From Acidimicrobiia bacterium (GTDB lineage: Bacteria; Actinomycetota; Acidimicrobiia; Spongiisociales; ZC4RG35), in the NCBI GenBank assembly GCA_965203555.1, contig CBDBCY010000004.1, positions 1,408,001 to 1,472,000 of the forward strand: a stretch of 64,000 bases of DNA. Reading direction: 5' to 3'. The notes under the pieces were generated by a model that had not been told where the DNA came from, searched no databases, and saw nothing but the letters and a program-made list of their open reading frames with translations. Both the position numbers and the translations under genes were made by a program. This document shows, in pieces, positions 17,746-26,678 of this stretch (positions within the stretch are counted from its first letter, which is position 1; each line of letters begins with the position of its first letter).

Positions 17746-18743
17746 GATTTGCCGCTTTTTCCGGAGTCGGATGGATCTTCGGATGACTTGTGGTTCCCGG
17801 TCGGCTCGGCCATCTGCCCGGTGAGGGTCAGGAAGACGTCATCGAGGGTCGGCCGCCGCAGCCCTACGTCCCGCAACTCGACCCCGGCCGCATCCAGAGC
17901 CCGCAGAGCCTTGGTCAAGACTGCGGCGCCGCCCGTAATGGGAACTGTCATCTTTCGATTGCGTTCCTGCGAGACCAAGTCGCCCACCGCGAACTGCCCC
18001 AATACCTCCCGCGCCGTGGGAAGATCACGCGGCGAGGCCAACGTGACCTCGATCCGCTCGCCACCCACCAACGTCTTGAGTTCGTCGGGGGTTCCCTGGG
18101 CGATATCCCGGCCCCGGTCGATCACCATGATCCGGTCCGCCAGATGGTCGGCCTCCTCCAGATACTGGGTGGTGAGAAGCAGGGTCGAACCGCGCGCCAC
18201 CAGTTCACGGATGACCTTCCACAACTCTAGGCGGCTACGGGGATCCAACCCGGTGGTGGGTTCGTCCAGGAACAACACCGGCGGCGAGGCCACCAATGCG
18301 CCGGCCAGGTCGAGGCGGCGGCGCATCCCGCCCGAGTAGGTCTTGACCGGACGGGCGCCGGCATGGGTCAAACCGAAAATCTCCAGCAGTTCCCGGGCCC
18401 GGGTCCGCGAGCGGGACCGGCCCAGGTGGTAGAGACGCCCGATCATATCCAGGTTCTCGAATCCGGTGAGATGCTCGTCCAATGCCGCGTTCTGGCCGGA
18501 GAGCCCGATTCGTTCCCGAACCTTGGCGGGCTCTGCGATCACATCGGCGCCCGCCACCCGTCCCGATCCCGCATCGGGAACGAGCAAGGTGGACAGGATC
18601 GATACCGCGGTGGTCTTTCCCGCGCCGTTGGGACCCAACAGCCCAAAGATCGACCCCTCCTCCACCGACAGGTCCAACCCGTCCAGCGCCACCACCTCGC
18701 CGTACCGTTTCACGAGCCCCGAGGCTTCTATCACTTTGTCCAT
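17742..18743 (-). CDS. ABC exporter ATP-binding subunit (DrrA-like)
   Basis: GPNGAGKTT, YSGGMRRRLD, LDEPTTGLDP, TTQYLEEAD, PTLDDVF; start ATG 18743. Confidence 0.92.
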   Translation of the reverse strand: MDKVIEASGLVKRYGEVVALDGLDLSVEEGSIFGLLGPNGAGKTTAVSILSTLLVPDAGSGRVAGADVIAEPAKVRERIGLSGQNAALDEHLTGFENLDMIGRLYHLGRSRSRTRARELLEIFGLTHAGARPVKTYSGGMRRRLDLAGALVASPPVLFLDEPTTGLDPRSRLELWKVIRELVARGSTLLLTTQYLEEADHLADRIMVIDRGRDIAQGTPDELKTLVGGERIEVTLASPRDLPTAREVLGQFAVGDLVSQERNRKMTVPITGGAAVLTKALRALDAAGVELRDVGLRRPTLDDVFLTLTGQMAEPTGNHKSSEDPSDSGKSGKS

Positions 18744-18990
18744 GCTTCTCCGTTTCTGCCAACCCCGACGGGGACTTGCCGAGCCTCCCACCAGTCGAGA
18801 TTACGAAACTCGCAGGACTATGCCAAAGTATTTATACCGTGGCGAATAAAGCGCGCCTCGGCACACTCATGACCCCCTGACACCCACGAGTCAGGTGAAA
18901 CCGAGGTGGAGATTAGCCGTATGGACACCACGGCGGAGAAGCAATTGCAGCATGTGGATGGCTCGCCCCATTCCCTCCCAGCACAGGAAA

Positions 18991-19489
18991 TCAAACGTCC
19001 GAGATTGCTAGAGCTTCCATCTCTTCATCGGTTACCTTCACCTCGCTGTACAGCTCATCTACACCCTGTCCTCTGCGCTCTGCTGCTTTCTTGAACAAGT
19101 TCCATGGGTCAACCGGTCGGGGGTTACGCGGTCGGAGCCAGAACACCCCCCGGCTTCCCGCCTCCATTCCTCTGACAGCCGCCGGCAGATCCAGTAACAA
19201 AGCGCCCGTGGCTCTGATCGGATCATCGCCGACTCCTTCGATGGCAAAACACAGTCAGTCTCGTTTTCAGCACCGCAGCAATTGCACCAGGATTACGAAG
19301 CATCCTGTAGTCATTGGTGACCAGGCCCTCGTAGCCAAGCCGAGAGAGGGCGATCAATAACTCACGATCTCCGAGCCTCGCCAGACCAGGATGGATGCGA
19401 CGCAATGGAATCAATTTAGGACGAGGTATGAATCGATCGAGGCAGTCCAGAATCGGCGCCGGGAAGTTGTGGTCGAGCCGGTGTATCAA
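18991..19489 (-). pseudogene. PIN-like toxin partner of the DUF433 gene, +1 frameshift at a T4 run
   Basis: N-part LDHNFP...DRELL...LVTND (PIN acidic residues); removing one base at 19246-19249 joins ...LTVF to AIEGVGDDPIRATGALLLDLP... (ORF 18991-19200). Confidence 0.7.
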
Positions 19490-20202
19490 GCTTCGAGACT
19501 TCGTTCCAGGTCGATGGCCTCCACGAGTGCCCGCTCCTGCTGATGCGGGTACAGGGCAACCACCCGGTCGACATCACCAAAGCGTTGGTGGAGCGAAGCG
19601 ATGGTCCGGGTCGTGATGCGGGAGTCGAGAAGATGGGGCTGGCCGGAGACCTTGCCCGGGATCACTCTCAGCAGGGGCCGAGGACGAATCAGGTCGGGCC
19701 CCTGGGCGCTCGGCCCATCGAACGGACCCAGGATATCCAGGAAATCCGCCCGCACCTGTCGGCGCCCGGTAGTGGTCACCGACTCCCCGGATGCAATGTG
19801 TATCCTGCCCCGGGGATCCACTTGGAGCGGGGTTTGTCCCGACCGGCTCTCGTCCCATATGTCCAGGTCCATCCGGTCCAGTATTTCCAAGGCCTTCCTG
19901 ACCTCGCTCATCGGGCCGGCGGTGACCTCCGCTGGGCCGGCCTTCTTGGGGTGCCGCAGCCAATACACGATGCGCAGGGCCATCAGATCCGCATATGACC
20001 ACAGCTTCGTTCCGACCGCGGAGATGGCGGGCGTCACTATTCCCTTCCTCGCCCAGTCGTAAACCCTGGAAACCGGAACCCCTGACAGCGCCGCGGCCCT
20101 GGGCGCTTGGTAGCACCCGTCGAATGCCGCAGAATACCTTGGTCTGACATCAGTAAACCGGTCCATATGTTCTGCGATCATGCTATCAAGCATTCTCTGC
20201 AC
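19486..20202 (-). CDS. MerR-like HTH plus DUF433 antitoxin (VapB45-like)
   Basis: RAAALSGVP.SRVYDWARKG, LWSYADLMALR; C-terminal PGKVSGQPHLLDSRITT DUF433 motif; overlaps the PIN gene start. Confidence 0.82.
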   Translation of the reverse strand: MQRMLDSMIAEHMDRFTDVRPRYSAAFDGCYQAPRAAALSGVPVSRVYDWARKGIVTPAISAVGTKLWSYADLMALRIVYWLRHPKKAGPAEVTAGPMSEVRKALEILDRMDLDIWDESRSGQTPLQVDPRGRIHIASGESVTTTGRRQVRADFLDILGPFDGPSAQGPDLIRPRPLLRVIPGKVSGQPHLLDSRITTRTIASLHQRFGDVDRVVALYPHQQERALVEAIDLERSLEA

Positions 20203-20320
20203 CGATGGGCAACCAAGAGAAGGGATGCTCGGCGACCGGTCTCCGGTGCCTTTCTCGATAGTTCGCTAATCTACGCATTCTTATGGTCGCCCGTCGCGTA
20301 TTGTCAGCAATAGGCAAGTA

Positions 20321-23300
20321 ATGCGGAGTGTGTTCGAAACCGTCCGTCCCCGAAGGGACGTGCTCTCCGGGGAGTTGCGGGACGAGATCTTCGCCGCCCA
20401 GCTGGCGGAGGTGGTGGCCGGACGGGGTGAGCCCGTCTACCGTGATTCGACCGTCTTCTTCGCCAACACCTACCCCACCAACGGACTCAAGGCCCTCCTG
20501 CACCAGGCCCTGGGACGGATCGCCGGGCGGTCGACGGCGCCCATCATCCGCTTGGAGACGGCCTTCGGCGGCGGCAAGACCCACTCGCTGATCGCCCTCT
20601 ATCACCTGGCCGCCCACCGGGCCCGTCCCATCGGCGTCGAGGACTACGTGGACCCGGCCCTCCTTCTCGACCGGCCGGTGCGGGTGGCGGCCGCAGTGGG
20701 AAACGACCTCGACCCGACCCAGGGTGTCACCCACCCCGACGGCGTCACCACCTACACGCTGTGGGGAGAACTGGCCCATCGGCTGGGCGCCTTCGGACAT
20801 GTGAAGAAAGCCGACCGACGGAAGACCGCGCCCGGAGTGGGTTCGCTGGCGAAGGTGTTCGAGGGTGCTCCGGTGGTGGTGATGCTGGACGAGATGGCCC
20901 GCTACCTGACGGTGGCGGCGGGAGAACCGGTGGGACACGGCACCCTGGCCGACCAGACGGTGGCCTTTCTGATGGCGCTCCTCGAGTACGCGGCCGGGGT
21001 GGATCACGTTGTGGTGGTGTACACCCTCGCCGGTTCAGCCGACGCCTTCCCGGGCCGCACCGAGGGCGTGCTGGAGAAGATCGAGTCGCTGCGGGACGCC
21101 GAAGCGATCTCGTCGCGGCACGAGCACGTTATCACCCCCACCGGCGAGAACGAGATCTCCGCCATCGTGCGGCATCGACTATTCGACTGGGTGGACCCGA
21201 CCGCCGCGCAGGAGACGGCCCTCACCTACCACCGGGCGATCGCCGATCAGATGGAACGCGACGCCGACCTTCCCGCTCACGCCGCCACCGCCGGGTACAC
21301 CCGGGACATCCGCGACAGCTACCCCTTCCATCCCGAACTCCTCACCGGACTCAACGAGAAGGTCTCCACCATCCCCAACTTCCAGAAAACCCGCGGTGCG
21401 CTGCGGCTTCTCTCCCGGGTGGTGCGACAGCTATGGACGGACCGCCCGGCGGACACCTTCCTGATCCATCCCCATCACGTCGACCTCTCGACCGACGAGA
21501 TCGCCAACGACCTGACCAGCCGGCTGAACCGGGCGGTGTTCCGGCAGGTGATCGAGGCCGACATCGCCAACCCGATGGCCGGCGCCAAGGCGCACGCCGC
21601 CCTGGTGGACGACCATCTGATCGCCTCCGGCAAGCCCCCCTTCGCCACCCGGGCGGCCACCACCGTGCTACTCCATTCCCTGGTGCAGGGCGTGGCCTCG
21701 GGGCTCAGCCCCACCCAGGCCAAGCTGGCCGCCTACACTCCCGGCGACGACCTGGGTTTGATGGAGGGCCAGATCCGAAAGCTGCTGGACCGGGCCTTCT
21801 ATCTCCACTTCGACGGTAACCGCTTCCGCTTTTCCACCGAGCCGTCCCTGGCGGCCGTGGTCAACCAGGAGACGCAATTGATCGGGCGGGCCACCGCCAA
21901 GACCGAGTTGGATCGACGGATTCGCACCATCTGGAAGAAGGGCGTCTTCAGCCCGGTGTTCTTCCCGGCCGAGCCGTCGGAGATCGAGGACACCCCCGGC
22001 CCGCCCCGCCTGGTGGTGATGCATTACGACGCGGTGGCGGCTTCTGCAACAGATGCTCGACCCCCCCCCCCATCGAACGCATGTTCGACCGCGCCGGGAC
22101 GGCGGAGGGGTTCCGCAGCTTTCGCAACCACGTCGTGTTCCTATGTGCGGACGGGGCCAATCTCGAACATGCGGTAGGAGAGGCCCGTCGCTACCTGGCG
22201 ATCAGCCGGATCGTCGGCGACCCGCAACGCCTCTCCCAGTTCACTCCCGATAACCGAAAGCGCCTGCAGGCGCTGGGAAACCAGGCCGAACTCACCCTGC
22301 GGGTGGCCGTCACCCGGCTCTACCGGCTGCTCTACTACCCCGACGCGGCGGCGCCCCGCCGGCAGGCGCAGCTCACCCGGGCCCTGCTCCCGGCCCAGCA
22401 GCAGGGAGACGTCAAACGCGATCAGAGCCGGACGGTGCTGGCCACCCTGCGGGAACTGGGCAAGGTGCGCACCGCCGACGATCCGGGATTCCCACCGGCA
22501 TTCATCCGTACCAAGGCGTGGCCGGCCCAGGCCGAGCGGACGACGCCTCGCAAGATCCAGCGGGAGTTCGCCTCCCGGATAGGGCTGCCGATCGTGCTGG
22601 ACGTCAACCTCCTGAAGGAGGCCATCAAAACCGGGATCCGGACCGGCCAGTGGCTCTACTACGACCCCCGCCAGGAGTGCGCCTACTCAGCGGACTCACC
22701 CACCACGCCGCTGGTGGAGATCACCGACGACGTGGAGTTGATCCTCCCCTCGGCCGCCGAGGGAGTCCCCATCTGCGGGCAGTGTGCGGTTTGCGAGGAA
22801 CCCCGGGGGCGGTGCCAGTGCTCCCGGTCACCCAAGCCATGCCCGGTGTGCAATCACCCCCAAGACCGGTGCGCCTGCGGCAAGGGCGGGCCGACCCCTG
22901 CGGTGGGAGCGATCCGGGCGGAGGGCTCTGCGGCCCAGGCCTTCCAGAAGGTGGTGGATCTCGCCCACGAACGAGAGGTCACCGCCGTGGCACAGGTCAC
23001 GATTCTCGCCGAAGGAAGCGGACGGGAGTTCGTCCGTGACCTGGGAGCGGTCACCCTGGCGGTGCCGCAATTGCCCAAGTCGGAGGTGCGGGTGGAGATG
23101 GACGCCGCCTTCAACCTGCCGGACAAAAGCAACCTGCGGGTCGAGTACCGGGGTCCGTGGGCACGGTTCCGTGAGATCGTCAACACCGCCCGGCGGGTGG
23201 GAAAGGAGGCGACCGACAGCTCCGGTCGCATCCGGCTGCAGGTCACCTTTCCCGAGCCGGTCGAACCCGGCGGGCGGGAGATCGGAGGCATGCGGGACAC

Positions 23301-23364
23301 CTTCGTGAGGCTCGACCCGGGCCGGATCTCCCTGATCGCCACTCCCATGCAGGAGCCGGGATGA
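20321..23364 (+). pseudogene. DUF499-family ATPase of a restriction-like defence system, split by a C11 homopolymer frameshift
   Basis: FFANTYPTNGL, Walker A TAFGGGKTHSL, TLWGELA, Walker B VMLDE, SYPFHPEL, NFQKTRGALRLL; frame break at 22061-22071 continues into ORF 22081-23364 (FRNHVVFL). Confidence 0.88.
22061..22071 (+). repeat. C11 homopolymer tract inside the DUF499 gene
   Basis: cga CCCCCCCCCCC atc gaa cgc atg; C9 or C12 would restore the frame. Confidence 0.95.
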
Positions 23365-23786
23365 ACCGCCGCCTCCGCTCCTTCGAGCTTCGGGTGTTCC
23401 CGGTGGAGGACACGGGTTTCGGTGTGGAACTGTCCCAGGGCATGAACGGCCAAGTCCCCCGGCGGGTGGTGCGCTCCTGGGGCCCGGCCCTCCAGTCGAT
23501 CGGCCATCACTTGCTGGAGGCGCTGCGGGCGTCGGGATACCGGCCCGCCGACCTGAAACGGACCCGCCGCAAGCCCTTCGCCGTGCCGGAGGTGGTGGGA
23601 GTCCGCCTAGGACTGGCGCTTTTGGCGCTCAAGCCTCTTCGCAAGGTCCGGCGCCTGGAGGAGGTGGCCTCGGCGGTCCGGGACCTGGGTGACGACGAAG
23701 CCTTCTACTGGTACGCCAAGTGCACCGACCCCCACACGGGGCGGCGGGCGCAGCGGGCCTTCCGCGACCTGGTGAGCGACCGATGA
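23361..23786 (+). CDS. Small accessory protein of the DUF499 system (positional equivalent of DUF3780)
   Basis: Overlaps both neighbours; GVRLGL..LALKPLRK and DEAFYWYAKC motifs. Confidence 0.75.
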   Translation: MNRRLRSFELRVFPVEDTGFGVELSQGMNGQVPRRVVRSWGPALQSIGHHLLEALRASGYRPADLKRTRRKPFAVPEVVGVRLGLALLALKPLRKVRRLEEVASAVRDLGDDEAFYWYAKCTDPHTGRRAQRAFRDLVSDR

Positions 23787-26665
23787 CCCGGCGCCGTTCT
23801 CTGATCGACGACTGGCTGCCCATCGCCGAACTCAGCGTCGAAAGCCGTCGGGAGAGAGGAGCTTCTTCGGCGCTGCCACCCCTGTACTTCCTCCATGTCT
23901 GGTGGGCGAGGCGGCCGCTCACCGCCTCGCGGGCGTCGGTGCTGGGGTCGCTGCTGCCCGCCTGGTCGGAGGACTGGCCTGAACCCCTGAGGGCACGCTT
24001 CTTCAACCAGGATGAGTATCGGAAATGGTTCACGCATCTGCTGGGCATCCGCGGCAACCCGGTGGAAGCTCAACGCAAACTGGTCAAGGCCCGTCAAAAG
24101 GGCAAGCGGATACCCAACCCATACGAAGGACCACGGGCGTTCACCCTGGCCGCCGAGGCCGAAGATATACATACGCTCCGAAAACTCCTGAAGTGTCGAT
24201 GGGGAACCGAGACGCCCACGGTACTCGACCCCACCGCCGGAGGCGGATCGATCCCCTTCGAGACCATCCGCTTCGGGTTGCCCGCCCTGGCCAACGAACT
24301 CAACTCGGTGGCGTCGTTCGTACTTGAAAGCAGCCTCACCCTCCCTGCCCGCTTCGGTACGGACTTGGCCAATGACATCGTCCATTGGGGCAGACTTTGG
24401 ACCGAGCGAGTCAGAAAACGTCTCTCCGGCTTCTTCCCACAGCCCCCCGAGCAGTCGGTGAGAACCTATCTCTACGCCCGCACCGTGACTTGCCCCGAGA
24501 CCGGCAAACCGGTGCCGCTCAGTCCCAACTGGTGGCTGCGGAGAGGCAAGAACCCCGTCGCAGCCCGGCTGATCGCAGAACCCGGCATGTCGGAGTGCCG
24601 ATTTGAGATCGTCGAAGGCAAACAGATCGACTTTGACCCGAGCGTGGGGACCGTCCGCCGCGGCACCGGGCGCTCTCCATGGACCGGCGCCACTATTCCC
24701 GGGGATCACATCAAGGCCGAGGCGCAGGTGGGCCGCATGGGTTCGCAGATGTACGCCATCGCGGTCAAGACCGGACGTGGACTTGAATTCCGAGCCCCAG
24801 ACCGAACCGACTTGGAGGCCGTCCGTGCCGCCGAGAAGGAACTTGACAGGGTTATTGACAGGTGGCTTCTCGAAGACACGGTTCCTACCGAGAGGTATCC
24901 CGATTTTGCCTCTGATATGCGTCCTCACCATTACGGAATGTCTAAGTGGCGGGGGTTCTTCTCCTCACGACAACTGCTGGTGTTGGGCACCGCGGTTGAG
25001 GAATTACGTATTCTCAACCATGAACTTTCCAAACGTCTCGATCCCACAAAAGCCAAAGCCGTCGGAACCTATTTGACCGCAGCATTCAACAAGATGACCT
25101 CATACAACTCTATGGGATCTTCCTGGCATGCAGGCCGTGCAGTCATTGCTCCGAGATTTGCTCGCCACGACTTCTCGTTCAAGTGGTCCTTTTCTGAAAT
25201 GAACTTCGCTGTCTCTCGGTTGGGCCTTGAGTGGGCCGTCGATCAGATCACCGATGCCTACCGGGGCATCGCCAGCCTGCTGGAGCCCTCTCGCCAGGTT
25301 CTGTTCCCCGATCGCCCCGAGAGGGCCGCCGACCTAGTGAAGGTGTACAACCGGGACGCTGCCGACCTGCCGCTGGAAAGCAACAGTGTCCAAGCGGTGG
25401 TGATGGACCCTCCCTACTACGACAACGTCCAGTACGCCGAGCTCTCCGACTTCTTCTACGTGTGGCTGAAGCGCACCGCCGGGCATCTGTACCCGCAGTT
25501 CTTCTCCACCGAGTTGACCGAGAAAGCAACGGAGGCGGTGATGAACCCCGCCCGGTTCGTCGAGTTCGACCGCAAGAACGCCAAGGCCCTGGCCAAGGCC
25601 GACTACGAAGCCAAGATGACCCGCATCTTCGCCGAGGCGCACCGGGTGCTCACCGACGACGGCGTGCTGACCGTGATGTTCAACCACAAGAAGACCGAAG
25701 CCTGGGACACCCTCGGCCAGTCGCTGATCGAGGCGGGCTTCCGGATCGAGTCGTCCTGGCCGGTCCACACCGAGTCGGAGCACTCCCTCCACCAGGCCCG
25801 CAAGGCCGCGGCCGCCTCCACCATCCTCCTCACCTGCCACAAACGGGCACCCAACCCCGAGCCGGCCTGGTGGGACGACCTGAAGGCACAGGTGCGCCGG
25901 ACCGCCCGCCACAGCGCCGAGCGATTCCGGAAAGAGGGCGTGGACGGGGTGGACCTCTACATCTCCACCTTCGGGCCCGCCCTGTCGGTGATCTCCCGCC
26001 ACTGGCCGGTGTTCACCTCCGAAGTGGACCTCGCCACCGGCGAGCCCCGTCGGCTCCGCCCCGAGGAGGCGCTCGACCTGGCCCGCCGGGAGGTGGCAGA
26101 TCTGCGACTGCGGGGGATGCTGCTGGGGCGCCGGGTGGAGTTCGACCCGGTCACCGACTGGTACCTGCTGGCCTGGGACTCGTTCCGAGCCGTGGAGTTC
26201 CCCTACGACGACGCCCGCAAGCTAGCCCTGGCCCTGGGGGTGGACCTTGCCCGTGACCTGCGCCGCCTGCGCCTGGTCACCAAGAAGCAGTCCACGGTGG
26301 TGCTCCAGGATCCCGTCCAGCGGCGGAGGACCGGCCTGGCCGACACCGAAGCCACCGAATTCGAGCGGCTGATCGACGCCGCCCACGCCCTGATGGTCAC
26401 CTACCGCGAGGACGGGACAGCCGGCGCCGTGCGGTTCCTCGAGCGCACCCGCCTAGGCACCGACACCCGGTTCCACTCCCTGATGCAGGCGCTGGTCAAC
26501 GCCGTCCCCCGCACCCGCATCAAGGGCCGCTTCGCCCGCCCCGAAGCCGAGGACCTGGACGGCCTGGGCGTCGGCCTGGCCCACGTCTTCGGCGATCTGC
26601 GCTTCCCCGAGGACCCGCCCTCGGCGCTGCGGCCCACCCAGGGCAACCTCAGATTCGGATCGTAG
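23783..26665 (+). CDS. DUF1156-domain adenine-specific DNA methyltransferase
   Basis: LHVWWARRPL, LDPTAGGGSIPFE (SAM binding), YLYARTVTCP, DPPYYDNVQYAELSDFFYVWLKR, MFNHK. Confidence 0.92.
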   Translation: MTRRRSLIDDWLPIAELSVESRRERGASSALPPLYFLHVWWARRPLTASRASVLGSLLPAWSEDWPEPLRARFFNQDEYRKWFTHLLGIRGNPVEAQRKLVKARQKGKRIPNPYEGPRAFTLAAEAEDIHTLRKLLKCRWGTETPTVLDPTAGGGSIPFETIRFGLPALANELNSVASFVLESSLTLPARFGTDLANDIVHWGRLWTERVRKRLSGFFPQPPEQSVRTYLYARTVTCPETGKPVPLSPNWWLRRGKNPVAARLIAEPGMSECRFEIVEGKQIDFDPSVGTVRRGTGRSPWTGATIPGDHIKAEAQVGRMGSQMYAIAVKTGRGLEFRAPDRTDLEAVRAAEKELDRVIDRWLLEDTVPTERYPDFASDMRPHHYGMSKWRGFFSSRQLLVLGTAVEELRILNHELSKRLDPTKAKAVGTYLTAAFNKMTSYNSMGSSWHAGRAVIAPRFARHDFSFKWSFSEMNFAVSRLGLEWAVDQITDAYRGIASLLEPSRQVLFPDRPERAADLVKVYNRDAADLPLESNSVQAVVMDPPYYDNVQYAELSDFFYVWLKRTAGHLYPQFFSTELTEKATEAVMNPARFVEFDRKNAKALAKADYEAKMTRIFAEAHRVLTDDGVLTVMFNHKKTEAWDTLGQSLIEAGFRIESSWPVHTESEHSLHQARKAAAASTILLTCHKRAPNPEPAWWDDLKAQVRRTARHSAERFRKEGVDGVDLYISTFGPALSVISRHWPVFTSEVDLATGEPRRLRPEEALDLARREVADLRLRGMLLGRRVEFDPVTDWYLLAWDSFRAVEFPYDDARKLALALGVDLARDLRRLRLVTKKQSTVVLQDPVQRRRTGLADTEATEFERLIDAAHALMVTYREDGTAGAVRFLERTRLGTDTRFHSLMQALVNAVPRTRIKGRFARPEAEDLDGLGVGLAHVFGDLRFPEDPPSALRPTQGNLRFGS

Positions 26666-26678
26666 GGAATACCACGGG

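Noticed and set aside
16435-18339. 634-aa plus-strand ORF and other long ORFs antisense to real genes (5081-6592, 8142-10319, 27235-28965, 41683-43038, 50087-51415, 54350-55972)
   Set aside because: Shadow frames typical of high-GC DNA, opposite well-supported genes and without recognisable motifs.
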